64,000 nucleotides of DNA from Armatimonadota bacterium. Its GTDB lineage: Bacteria; Armatimonadota; Fimbriimonadia; Fimbriimonadales; GBS-DC. Numbering within the stretch: position 1 is the stretch's first letter; every line of letters starts with the position of its first letter. The notes beneath the pieces are model-generated. The model ran no database searches and was not told where the DNA came from. It saw only the letters and a list, made by a program, of their open reading frames with translations. The stretch is taken from contig JBBIJY010000008.1 of NCBI GenBank assembly GCA_037445735.1, forward strand, positions 32,001-96,000, in the 5' to 3' direction. Position numbers and translations under genes: made by a program. This document shows, piece by piece, positions 37,009 to 46,684 of the stretch.

Positions 37009-37920
37009 ATGGCGGATATTACGATGACCAATCGGCGGCTGCCGGAGTGGCTCACCATCCGCTTGCCGAAGCCCGACAAGATTCAGCAGGTGGAGGCGAT
37101 GATGCGTGCCGCGCGCCTGCACACGGTGTGCGAGAGTGCGCGCTGCCCGAACCTGCCTGAATGCTGGTCGAAAGGCTCGGCGACTTTCATGATCCTGGGC
37201 GATGTGTGCACGCGCTCGTGCGGGTTCTGCGCCATCAAGACCGGTCGCCCGCTGGAGCTGGACCCGCAGGAGCCGATGCGCCTGGCGCAGGCAGCCCGCC
37301 GCATGGGGCTGAAACATATCGTGGTGACATCGGTCGCGCGGGACGATCTGCCCGACGGCGGCGCGGGTCAGTTCGCTGCCACCATCCGCGCCCTGCACGA
37401 GACCATTCCGCACGCCATCGTGGAGGTGCTGACACCCGACTTCAAGGGCAAAGCCTGGTGCGTGCGGCGCGTGGTGGACGCCCAGCCAGAGATTTTCAAC
37501 CATAATGTGGAGACGGTGCCGCGTTTACACGCGATTGTGCGTCCGCAGGCGCGTTATGAGCGCTCCCTGCGCGTGCTGGAGATGGTCAAAGAGATGGAGC
37601 CGACCATCTACACCAAGTCGGGGCTGATGCTGGGGCTGGGCGAAACGCAGGAGGAGGTCATTCAGGTGATGCGCGATTTGCGGAGCGTGGGGGTGGACGC
37701 GCTGACCATCGGGCAGTACCTGCGCCCCACCGCCCGCCACCTGCCCGTGCAGGAATATATCCATCCCGATGTGTTCAAAGAGTATCAACAGATTGGCGAG
37801 CAGATGGGCTTTTTGTTTGTGGCGTCGGGACCCTTTATCCGCAGTTCGTATAACGCGATTGAGTTCTCGAAGCGCGTGATGGCGGAACGGTTGGCGAAGG
37901 TCGGTGCGGTGGAGAGTTAG
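37009..37920 (+). CDS. lipA: Lipoyl synthase
   Basis: CESARCPNLPEC, CTRSCGFC, NHNVETV, RSSY. Confidence 0.97.
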   Translation: MADITMTNRRLPEWLTIRLPKPDKIQQVEAMMRAARLHTVCESARCPNLPECWSKGSATFMILGDVCTRSCGFCAIKTGRPLELDPQEPMRLAQAARRMGLKHIVVTSVARDDLPDGGAGQFAATIRALHETIPHAIVEVLTPDFKGKAWCVRRVVDAQPEIFNHNVETVPRLHAIVRPQARYERSLRVLEMVKEMEPTIYTKSGLMLGLGETQEEVIQVMRDLRSVGVDALTIGQYLRPTARHLPVQEYIHPDVFKEYQQIGEQMGFLFVASGPFIRSSYNAIEFSKRVMAERLAKVGAVES

Positions 37921-40900
37921 GTTTTCGGCATGGCGACTGATTCAGGGCACGCTGGTGCTGCTACCCGCGTGCCTGCTGTTGCTGGTGGGCGGGTTCTACT
38001 GGGTGCGGGTGCGTCTGACCGCTGAGGGGCTGTTGCCTGCCGCTCTGCGTGACTATCTGCGCGAGCAAGCCGAGCTGGATGTTCAGATTGAGCGCGTGCG
38101 ACTGGGCTGGAGGCGCGTTCAGGTGTGGAACCTCGCTATCAGCCTTCCCGACGGCACTCCCATCGGTCAGGCTCGCTATCTGGAGTTGCGTCCGACATCC
38201 CCCCTATCCCCCGTTCGGAGCGGTCTGCGCGTGCAGCTGGAGCGCCCGCGCGTGCAGCTATTGCGCGACGCGCAGGGACGCTGGAATGTGGAGGCGTTGC
38301 TGCGCGGTGCACCCCGCCGACCCACCGCCCAGATTCCGATTGAGCTTGTTAGCACGGGCGGCGTGGTGGAGTTGCGCGATGCGTTCGTGCGCCCGCGCGT
38401 GGCGACCGATTTCCGCCTTCAGCAGATTCAACTGCGTCAGCCAGGCGGTTCGGTGGCGGTTCGCGCGGCAGGCGAGGCGTCCGGCGTCGGACGATGGCAA
38501 CTGCACGCGCTCTCCGACGGCGAGCGATGGCGACTGGACATCAGCACGGACCGCCTGCTCTGGTCGTTCCTGCGACCCTATCTGGCGGGAACATCAATCC
38601 AGATGCAATCGGGCGAGGCTCGAGTGCAGGCGAGTCTGGTTTATGCGCCGCGCCAGCCGTTGCGCGTGATGGGCATGGCACAGGGGCACCTGCAGGGCGT
38701 GCGCTATGAGCAGCATGCCCTGCCGTGGCGCGAGCTGCAGTTTTCAGCGCAGTTCACCGAATCGGCACTGGATGCGCGCCTGCATAGCCATGATCGCCGA
38801 CTAACGGCGTCGGGCACGCTGGAACGGCTCACTCAAGCGTGGCGCTACAGGCTGATGCTGACGGCGCAGGGCGACGACGCCCGACTGCTGGAGCGATACC
38901 TGCCCCCTGAACGGCGCGAGCAGCTCGCACAGAGCCTCCGCATGGCGGGGCGGTATGCCCTGCAGATACAGGCAGCGGGGCGCTGGCAACCGCGCAAAGT
39001 TATTCGGCAGGGGGTTCCTGCATGGCGCGACCTGCTGGTTCACACGAACGCTGTCGCCCTCGTTGAGCTGGCGAGCCTGCAGACGCCCGAAGGAACCCTG
39101 CAGGCGGTGCGTGCGCCGCTGCTGCTGTCAGGCGGGCAACTGCGCCTTGCCGATGGCACAGCGGACTTCGCAGGTGGATGGCTGCACGCGAACGCGCTGG
39201 TCGACTTCACCGCGCGCCCTGCCCGCTTCACGCTGACTGCAACCGCCCGCAATGTCCAGCTCCAGCAGATTCCTGCACTGAATCGGCAGAAGCTCGGTGG
39301 CGTTGCCGCGCTGCAACTGCTGGGTGAGGGCACGCTGCAGAAGCCGCGTCTGGTCGCCAACATTTTCAGCGATATGCTTCGGCAGAACGGCGTTCGGCTG
39401 GGTGGATTGCGCGCCCGCCTGCACTATGCGGGCAACCGCATCGAGATTCCCGTTGCGCTGTTGCAGGGCGCGATTGGCTCGGTGCAGGTGGCGGGGCAGC
39501 TGGAATGGCGCGGGAGCCGCCTTCCAGTCCCCGATCAGACGCGCCTGAACCTGCGCCTTGCAGCGGACGAGCTGGATTTGAACCGACTCGCCAGCCTGTT
39601 CGGCTACCAGGAGGGCGTGCTGGGCTACTGGGAGTCTTCGGACGGCTCGCAACCGCGCAGGGTGCTTCGGCTGGACGGCATCGCCTATCTGCGCGGCACG
39701 CTCAACGGCACGCTGAGTCAGCCCGTGCTGCAGGCGCAGGCGACCGTGTTCGACGGGCGACTGGGCGACATCGGCATGGAGCTGGTCGCGTCCCGATTGA
39801 CCTTCCGCGAGCGCCGCATCAGGCTGCCAGAGATTGTGATTTATCGGCGCACTGCTGTCGCGCAGGCAAGCGGCGAGATAGAGCTGCCTGCCGCCGGGGA
39901 GCGAGGTGCCGTTCGGTTCCACGCGCAGGGGCGCATCACCGATTTCGATCTGGCAACGCTCACCGAGTGGAGCGAGACGCCCATCCGTATCGGCGGGCTG
40001 GCGAACCTCTCTTTCGCGCTCGACGGCACGCCCGAAAGGTTCACGCTCACAGGTGATCTGGATGCGGAGCGAACCCAGATCGACCAGATTGCCACCAATC
40101 ACGCCGCAGCGCAGTTCCGCATCGCGCGCGACGCTGATCAGACCACCGTGCGACTGGACACGGCGCAGGTTCAGCTGCAGGGCGGTGTCGTGTCGGGGCA
40201 GATGCAGCTGATAGCCGATTCAGAGAGCACGCGCGTGGATGCCGACTGGAACGCGCGGGCGGTGCCGCTGACCGTGCTGGCGCCCTATCTGCCGCCCGAT
40301 TATCGGCTGCAGGGCGTGCTGAACGCCTCAGGTCAGGTGCGGGGCACGCTCGACGCGCCGCACGCCGACGCGCGCTGGCAGCTGAGCGACCTCATGCTGA
40401 ACAGGGTCGCGCTCGGCAGCGCCACTGGCACCGCTCGCTGGACGCCCAGCCCCGAAGGCGGGCGCACCGACGGCATGCTAAGCCTGCAGGCGAGGCTCGA
40501 TGCGCCCGATGGCAGCGTTCAGATAGAGAGCCTGCGCTATCAGACAGGCGATAAGGCTCTCGCCGCGCAGGGCACGCTCGAGGCGATCCCGCTTCCATAT
40601 CTCTATCGGCTCGCGCTCGCGCTGCCAGTGGAACTGCCACCCGAACTTGTGGAACGCGCCGACACGCTCGATGGGCGGCTCAGCGTGCGCTGGCAGCTCG
40701 CTGGCTCGACGGAACAGCCCCAGCTCGCCTTTGATGGACGCGCTGTGCAGTTAGCCTGGAACGGGCAGGCGCTGGGCGAGCTGCAGGCGCAGGGCGAGTG
40801 GAGCCAGCAGCAGCTGAGCCTGCAGGTGAGCTGGCAGGCGGAATCGGCACGGCTCAAAGCGCAGGGCACTCTGCGCGAAGATGCGCTGAACGCCGAGATG

Positions 40901-42619
40901 GAGCTAACCCGGTTCCCGCTGGAATGGGCGCGCCTGTGGGAGCCGAGCCTGCCCGCCATCAGGGGCAATCTCGACATCAGCGCGCAGGCAGCGGGCGATC
41001 CTGACCAGCCGAATCTGACCCTCAGCGCAACGGTGCAGAACCTGACCATCCCGCTGCCCGCGCCTTCCGCAGAGCCATCAGGCGAGCCAGAACAACCCGC
41101 TCCACCCCAGCTGACCATCGATCAGCTGCTGTTCAGCCGAATCGATGTGCGCGAGGGCGTGATTGAAACCGACGACGCACTGATCCAGATTCGGGGCTAT
41201 CGGGCGCGGCTATCGGGGCGGCTGCCGTTCCACTGGTCGCCCATTCGTATCCCGCGCGACGAGCCGCTTGCGGTTCAGCTTGTGTTGAACGAGCAGCCGT
41301 TGCGCATTCTGGAGCTGGCGCTGCCGGTGGACGCCGAGCGCACGCAGGGCGTCCTGAACGCGCGTCTGGAGATTGGCGGCACGCTGGATACGCTTCAACC
41401 GCGCGGGGAGCTGAGCGTCACAGGCGGCAGCCTCGCCCTCGAATCGTACAGCTCCTACCTTCAGGAGCTGGGTCTGCAGGTGGAATTTGATGGCCAGCGG
41501 GCGCGGATTGTGCAGGCGCAGGCGCGCTCCTCCGCTGGTGGGACGGTTCAGCTCGAAGGCGAGGTCGATGTGGCGCGGGAAGAGCCAGCACTGGCGTTGA
41601 CGGGCACGCTGAACGGCTTCACCATCAACGAGCCGCGCCTACCTATCGGCGGCAGTGCGTTCGGGCGAATCGACGGCAGCGCGACGCTACAGGGCACGCT
41701 CCAGCAGCCGCAGCTCGTTGCACGCCTGCAGGTGCGGGACGGCTTCTTGAGCCTGCCTGCCGAGCTGCAGGTCGCGCCCGGCGGCTTTGCCCCGCCGCTG
41801 AACCCTGACCTGGATGTGCAGGTCGCGATCGCGCGCGGCTTCACCCTGCGCAACCCGAACCTGGACGCGCGCATGGAGGGTTCCCTGCAGATAGCGGGCA
41901 CGGTGCGCGAGCCACGCGCGAGCGGCACCTTCAGCCTGCTGGGCGGCTCGCTCAAGCTGCCCACCGCCCGCCTGCGCCTCGAACCGGAAGGCGTCATCAT
42001 GCTGACCTATCCGTACACCGCGCCCACAGGCGAAGTGATTGCTCGCCTCAATCTGGATGTGCGGGCAACCACCACCGTCGTCGCGCTGGACTACACGGGC
42101 GACCCCCAACGCTATCGCGTGGAGCTGGACATTCGCGGACCGCTGGACGACCCGGAACGGTTCCAGATGGTGGCGCGTTCCGACCCGCCGGGTCTTTCGG
42201 AACAGCGCATTTTGAGCCTGCTGGGGCGCGGCGCCGCGCTCGAATCGCTCGCGCGCGGGGGCGACCCCGTTCAAATCTTCCGTCAGCAACTCAGCGAGAT
42301 GCTCACCGGGCAGGTGCTGCCCGGTCTGTTCTACCCGTTCGAGACAGAGGTCGCCGAAGCGCTGGGGCTGGAACAGTTCGCGCTGGACTACACGGGCGTC
42401 GCACCCGCCACCCTCTATCTGGTGAAGGAGCTGTTCAACGGCTTCGGCATCAGCTATCGGCGCAGCCTTTCGCTCGCCAACCCGCAATATGAGGTGCGCC
42501 TCTTCTATCGGCTGCCCTTCCGCAACCGATTCCTGCAACGGCTCAAACTCGGCTGGGGCTTCGATAACGCCCAGCGCAACTTCTTCTTCTTCATCGAAGG
42601 CAGCCTACTCTTCCGCTAA
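37904..42619 (+). CDS. tamB: TamB/AsmA-like translocation and assembly protein
   Basis: N-terminal TM, long beta-taco repeats (GTL..P), SDPPGLSEQRILSLL. Confidence 0.85.
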   Translation: MRWRVRFSAWRLIQGTLVLLPACLLLLVGGFYWVRVRLTAEGLLPAALRDYLREQAELDVQIERVRLGWRRVQVWNLAISLPDGTPIGQARYLELRPTSPLSPVRSGLRVQLERPRVQLLRDAQGRWNVEALLRGAPRRPTAQIPIELVSTGGVVELRDAFVRPRVATDFRLQQIQLRQPGGSVAVRAAGEASGVGRWQLHALSDGERWRLDISTDRLLWSFLRPYLAGTSIQMQSGEARVQASLVYAPRQPLRVMGMAQGHLQGVRYEQHALPWRELQFSAQFTESALDARLHSHDRRLTASGTLERLTQAWRYRLMLTAQGDDARLLERYLPPERREQLAQSLRMAGRYALQIQAAGRWQPRKVIRQGVPAWRDLLVHTNAVALVELASLQTPEGTLQAVRAPLLLSGGQLRLADGTADFAGGWLHANALVDFTARPARFTLTATARNVQLQQIPALNRQKLGGVAALQLLGEGTLQKPRLVANIFSDMLRQNGVRLGGLRARLHYAGNRIEIPVALLQGAIGSVQVAGQLEWRGSRLPVPDQTRLNLRLAADELDLNRLASLFGYQEGVLGYWESSDGSQPRRVLRLDGIAYLRGTLNGTLSQPVLQAQATVFDGRLGDIGMELVASRLTFRERRIRLPEIVIYRRTAVAQASGEIELPAAGERGAVRFHAQGRITDFDLATLTEWSETPIRIGGLANLSFALDGTPERFTLTGDLDAERTQIDQIATNHAAAQFRIARDADQTTVRLDTAQVQLQGGVVSGQMQLIADSESTRVDADWNARAVPLTVLAPYLPPDYRLQGVLNASGQVRGTLDAPHADARWQLSDLMLNRVALGSATGTARWTPSPEGGRTDGMLSLQARLDAPDGSVQIESLRYQTGDKALAAQGTLEAIPLPYLYRLALALPVELPPELVERADTLDGRLSVRWQLAGSTEQPQLAFDGRAVQLAWNGQALGELQAQGEWSQQQLSLQVSWQAESARLKAQGTLREDALNAEMELTRFPLEWARLWEPSLPAIRGNLDISAQAAGDPDQPNLTLSATVQNLTIPLPAPSAEPSGEPEQPAPPQLTIDQLLFSRIDVREGVIETDDALIQIRGYRARLSGRLPFHWSPIRIPRDEPLAVQLVLNEQPLRILELALPVDAERTQGVLNARLEIGGTLDTLQPRGELSVTGGSLALESYSSYLQELGLQVEFDGQRARIVQAQARSSAGGTVQLEGEVDVAREEPALALTGTLNGFTINEPRLPIGGSAFGRIDGSATLQGTLQQPQLVARLQVRDGFLSLPAELQVAPGGFAPPLNPDLDVQVAIARGFTLRNPNLDARMEGSLQIAGTVREPRASGTFSLLGGSLKLPTARLRLEPEGVIMLTYPYTAPTGEVIARLNLDVRATTTVVALDYTGDPQRYRVELDIRGPLDDPERFQMVARSDPPGLSEQRILSLLGRGAALESLARGGDPVQIFRQQLSEMLTGQVLPGLFYPFETEVAEALGLEQFALDYTGVAPATLYLVKELFNGFGISYRRSLSLANPQYEVRLFYRLPFRNRFLQRLKLGWGFDNAQRNFFFFIEGSLLFR

Positions 42620-42622
42620 ACA

Positions 42623-42649
42623 GCAGGAATCGCCGTCTTGGCGACGAAT
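42623..42649 (+). promoter_or_regulatory. Sigma-H-like promoter
   Basis: GCAGGAAT, AGGA-N17-GAAT, followed by GGAGG RBS and ATG 42676. Confidence 0.65.
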
Positions 42650-42675
42650 CGCCCTCGCGAGGAGGGTTAACAACG

Positions 42676-43071
42676 ATGCGAGCCTATCTGATAGCATGCG
42701 CGCTCGGCGTCCTGATGGGGATGCCAATCCTGGCACAGAAGAAACCAGAGGAGCAACCCATCCGCACCACCATCGCCGCCATCCAGAAAGACCCCGACAA
42801 GTTCCACAAGAAGCTGGTGCAGGTGGAGGGCAAAATCAGCGACTATAAGGAGAAAACCTCCCGCGCGGGCAACACCTACACCACCTTCAAACTGGAGCAG
42901 GACGGGCAGAAGCTGACCGTCTTCTCCTATGGGCATCTCAAGCTCAGGGATGGCGACGCGGTGGTCGTGGTCGGGCGCTATTACAAGGAGCGGCGTGTCG
43001 GACGCGCCACCTTCCGCAACGAGATCGACGCCAGCAGCCGCGAAGGGGGTAAAATCACGAAGCAGGAGTGA
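42676..43071 (+). CDS. Secreted OB-fold protein
   Basis: Signal peptide; VQVEGKI..YTTFKL..GDAVVVVG. Confidence 0.8.
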   Translation: MRAYLIACALGVLMGMPILAQKKPEEQPIRTTIAAIQKDPDKFHKKLVQVEGKISDYKEKTSRAGNTYTTFKLEQDGQKLTVFSYGHLKLRDGDAVVVVGRYYKERRVGRATFRNEIDASSREGGKITKQE

Positions 43072-43077
43072 AACCCT

Positions 43078-44613
43078 ATGGCGAATCGGGAGCGAACGAA
43101 CGGAGCGGCGCGACGCGACGGACAACGCTGGGACTACTCACCGGCGCCCGAAGCCCGCAATATCGTCAAAATCAAGCCGCGCTACGGGCTGTTCATCAAC
43201 GGCGAGTTCGTGGAGCCGAAAAGCGGGCAATATTTCCAGACCATCAACCCTGCCACCGAAGAGGTGCTGGCGGAGGTCGCCTACGCGGGACCTGAGGATA
43301 TAGACCGCGCGGTGCGCGCCGCCCGCGAAGCCTATGAAAAAATCTGGAACAAGCTGCCTGGCAAGGAGCGGGCGAAGTATCTGTTTCGCATCGCACGCAT
43401 CCTGCAGGAGCGCTCGCGCGAGTTCGCCGTGCTGGAGAGCCTGGATGGGGGCAAGCCGATCCGCGAATCGCGCGATGTGGACATCCCGCTGGCGTCGGCG
43501 CACTTCTTCTATCACGCCGGCTGGGCAGACAAACTCGAATATGCCTTTCAGGGTCGCAAGCCACGTCCGTTGGGCGTCGCGGGGCAGATTATCCCGTGGA
43601 ACTTCCCGCTGCTGATGGCAGCGTGGAAGATCGCGCCCGCGCTCGCCTGCGGCAACACCGTCGTGCTGAAGCCCGCTGAAACCACCCCGCTCACCGCGCT
43701 CCTGCTCTGCGAGGTGTTCCAGCAAGCCGAGCTGCCGCCTGGCGTGGTCAACATCGTCACAGGCGACGGTCAAACGGGCGCATGGCTCGTGCAACATCCC
43801 GATCTGGATAAAATCGCCTTCACGGGCAGCACCGAAGTCGGCAAAAAGATTCAGAAAGCGGTCGCCGGCACGCGCAAACGGCTCACGCTGGAGCTGGGCG
43901 GTAAAGCCGCCAATGTCATCTTCGAAGACGCCGCCATCGACCAGGCGATTGAAGGCATCGTGAACGGCATCTACTTCAATCAGGGTCATGTGTGCTGTGC
44001 GGGCAGTCGCCTGCTGGTGGAGGAGAGCATCTTCGAGGTGGTGGTGCGCAAGCTCCGGCGGCGCATCGAGCTGCTGCGCGTGGGCGACCCGCTGGATAAG
44101 AACACCGATGTGGGCGCCATCAACTCGCTGGCGCAACTGCGCAAGATCGAGCATCTGGTGCAGGTGGGCGTTCAGGAGGGCGCGGAGATTCACCAGAGCA
44201 GCTGCCCCCTGCCCGAACGCGGCTACTGGTTCCGCCCCACCTTCTTCACCCGTGTGAGCATGGCGCACACAATCGCCCGCGAGGAGATTTTCGGTCCCGT
44301 GCTGGCGATATTGACCTTCCGCACGCCCGAAGAGGCAGCCGAAATCGCCAACAACACGCGCTATGGGCTGTCGGCAGGTGTGTGGACGAACAAGGGCAGC
44401 AAATATCTGGCGTTCGCCTCGCGCGTCAAAGCGGGCGTCGTCTGGTGCAACACCTACAACAAGTTCGACCCTGCCAGCCCGTTCGGGGGCTACAAGGAGA
44501 GTGGCTTCGGGCGCGAGGGCGGTATCCACGGCTTGAGCGCGTATGTCGCCCTGCCGTCACCCCCGCTTCCGCCCGTGGAGGGTCAACCGCTCAGCGAGGC
44601 AGCAGGGGGCTGA
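43078..44613 (+). CDS. Aldehyde dehydrogenase
   Basis: PWNFP, FTGSTEVG, LELGGK, GHVCCAGSR, EEIFGP. Confidence 0.96.
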   Translation: MANRERTNGAARRDGQRWDYSPAPEARNIVKIKPRYGLFINGEFVEPKSGQYFQTINPATEEVLAEVAYAGPEDIDRAVRAAREAYEKIWNKLPGKERAKYLFRIARILQERSREFAVLESLDGGKPIRESRDVDIPLASAHFFYHAGWADKLEYAFQGRKPRPLGVAGQIIPWNFPLLMAAWKIAPALACGNTVVLKPAETTPLTALLLCEVFQQAELPPGVVNIVTGDGQTGAWLVQHPDLDKIAFTGSTEVGKKIQKAVAGTRKRLTLELGGKAANVIFEDAAIDQAIEGIVNGIYFNQGHVCCAGSRLLVEESIFEVVVRKLRRRIELLRVGDPLDKNTDVGAINSLAQLRKIEHLVQVGVQEGAEIHQSSCPLPERGYWFRPTFFTRVSMAHTIAREEIFGPVLAILTFRTPEEAAEIANNTRYGLSAGVWTNKGSKYLAFASRVKAGVVWCNTYNKFDPASPFGGYKESGFGREGGIHGLSAYVALPSPPLPPVEGQPLSEAAGG

Positions 44614-44966
44614 TGATGCGACTGGTTGGCGTGCTGGCAGCAGTTGCCATTCTGGGGATTTTGCTGATGGTGTGGCTCTATTACGGCACGGGCGGGCGTT
44701 CGGGGAATGTGCCCGGCGCACCGCCCGTGAGCCGTATTAGCGAAACGAAGCAGGCGGCGCACAGCGTGGAGTGCCGCAACAACCTCAGCCAGATTCGAGC
44801 CGCCATCCAGATGCGTCAGGGTTCCGACGAGAGCCTGCCCGCCTCCCTTAACGAACTTGGACTGCCCGACAGCATGCTCAAATGCCCTGTATCAGGTCAG
44901 CCCTACCAGTACGACCCCAGCACCGGTACCGTCAAATGCACCACACCGGGACATATGCGCTATTGA
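44613..44966 (+). CDS. Small TM-anchored pilin/pseudopilin-like protein without GFTLIE motif
   Basis: CRNNLSQIRAAI..LPASLNEL..CP..YQYDP..C. Confidence 0.75.
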   Translation: MMRLVGVLAAVAILGILLMVWLYYGTGGRSGNVPGAPPVSRISETKQAAHSVECRNNLSQIRAAIQMRQGSDESLPASLNELGLPDSMLKCPVSGQPYQYDPSTGTVKCTTPGHMRY

Positions 44967-45050
44967 TGTGAGGCTCCTTTTTGCAAACTTGAGAAATGGG
45001 TGCTGCAAGAGGGCGTCGAATAGATAACCCAAACACAGGAGGTGAAAGGC

Positions 45051-45821
45051 ATGCGTTGTGCAATATGGCTGAGCATGACGCTGGTGTGCGCGCTGCTGTG
45101 GGCACAGCACGATGTGGCGGATGTGCCCTCGGAGCGACTGCAGGCGGATAACGACCCGAAAAAGACCTACTTCCTGATTGGTCCCTACAAAGATGCACCT
45201 CGCCCCGAAGGCGGCTATCGGCTCCTGCTGATTTTGCCTGGTGGCGATGGCAGCGCCGAGTTCAACCCGTTCTGCAGGCGCATCTACAAGTACGCGCTGA
45301 ACTCCAACTACATCGTGGCGCAGCTGGTCGCCCCGAAGTGGTCGGAGGACCAGTTCGAGAATGTGGTCTGGCCGACGCAGAAGCTCTCCTGGTCGACGGC
45401 GAAGTTCACCACCGAAGAGTTCATCGAGGCGGTGATTGCCGATGTGAAGAAGCGGTACCCCATCGACTCGCGCTACATCTTCGCGCTGGGCTGGTCATCG
45501 GGCGGTCCAGCCGTTTATTCCGCAGCGTTGCAGGAGCAGACCTCCCTGCGCGGCGCGTTTGTCGCCATGTCGGTCTTCAAGCCGAACCAGTTGCCCTCGC
45601 TGGACAACGCGAAAGGGCGCGCCTTCTACATTCTGCACTCGCCGCAGGACTTTATCCCCATTCGCATGGCGGAGCAGGCAGAGACGCAGCTGAGCGGGCG
45701 TGGGGCGCGGGTCAAACTGGCGACCTACGAGGGCGGGCACGGCTGGCGCGGCGATGTGTACGGCAACATCAGTGCGGGCATCCGCTGGCTGGAGGAGCAG
45801 GCGAGCAGATTGAAGCGTTAG
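45051..45821 (+). CDS. Secreted alpha/beta hydrolase (esterase-like)
   Basis: GWSSGG, HSPQD, GGHGW; GGAGG RBS. Confidence 0.88.
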   Translation: MRCAIWLSMTLVCALLWAQHDVADVPSERLQADNDPKKTYFLIGPYKDAPRPEGGYRLLLILPGGDGSAEFNPFCRRIYKYALNSNYIVAQLVAPKWSEDQFENVVWPTQKLSWSTAKFTTEEFIEAVIADVKKRYPIDSRYIFALGWSSGGPAVYSAALQEQTSLRGAFVAMSVFKPNQLPSLDNAKGRAFYILHSPQDFIPIRMAEQAETQLSGRGARVKLATYEGGHGWRGDVYGNISAGIRWLEEQASRLKR

Positions 45822-45912
45822 AGGCTGTCCAGGAAAAGGCACCGAGTAATAAAGCACGACCGATTGCCGCGGCGGGTGGAATACCAGCAGCGCAATAGCC
45901 GACTATCGCTGG

Positions 45913-46006
45913 CGGCTAAAGCCGTTCCTGTGCAAACGAAGCCGACCTTCGTCGGCTTCATAGCCAGCGCAGGCTGGCTTTGTCTGGTCAGGAACGGCTT
46001 TAGCCG
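45913..46006. repeat. Cruciform palindromic element (family D)
   Basis: 18-bp perfect terminal inverted repeat CGGCTAAAGCCGTTCCTG enclosing two hairpins. Confidence 0.85.
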
Positions 46007-46117
46007 TCTGGTTCAGGGCTGGCATCGTCGCCTCCGTATTGATTGGATGATTCGCGGGGCATCGTTTCCTGCTCATCGGCAGGAGTCGGGTAGAGCCTGT
46101 CGAAAGGGAAATCTGCG

Positions 46118-46681
46118 ATGAGCGACAGGGTTTCTGGTGAACAGGTGCCTTATCGGCGTGGGCGCACTTCGTGCTGGGTTCTGGGCGGGCTGGGCTGCCT
46201 GGGACTGCTCATCCTCGCCTTCGTGGGGATTTACCTGCTGGGGCGCGCCATCCAGCAGTCGTTCGGCGGGGTCATTCAGCAATCGGAACAGATGGAGCGG
46301 ATGGTCATCCCGCGCATGAAGAGCATCTATCAGGCACTCCAGCGGTATGCAGCCGACCATAACGGCAAATATCCGCCCAATCTGCAGGCGCTGGCGCCCA
46401 GATATCTGGATCAATCTTATCTGCAGCCGATCGCGGTGCAGGGTCAGAAGACGCCCATCAAGATTATCTACAAGCCGCCGAAGCCCGACGCGCCGCCCGA
46501 CACCATCGTGCTGGAGCATCAGCCGCCCATCGTGATGAAGTTCGGCATGTTCGGCGAGTCGGTGGAGACGCGCATCACCCTGCAGGTTCAGAAGGACGGG
46601 CAGATCTCGCAAATGCAGGAGACCCTCTCATCTTCGGGCGGGCGGCGGGTGCGCCAGCGGGTGCGTCCTGCGGGACCGTAG
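46118..46681 (+). CDS. Single-TM protein with pseudopilin-like globular domain
   Basis: GCLG TM; IYQALQRYAADHNGKYPPNLQAL.PRYL. Confidence 0.78.
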   Translation: MSDRVSGEQVPYRRGRTSCWVLGGLGCLGLLILAFVGIYLLGRAIQQSFGGVIQQSEQMERMVIPRMKSIYQALQRYAADHNGKYPPNLQALAPRYLDQSYLQPIAVQGQKTPIKIIYKPPKPDAPPDTIVLEHQPPIVMKFGMFGESVETRITLQVQKDGQISQMQETLSSSGGRRVRQRVRPAGP

Positions 46682-46684
46682 GGC

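Noticed and set aside
41042-41119. Pro-rich tamB segment flanked by a 9-bp direct repeat CTGACCATC
   Set aside because: It could be chance reuse of Leu-Thr-Ile codons and does not resemble the repeat families.
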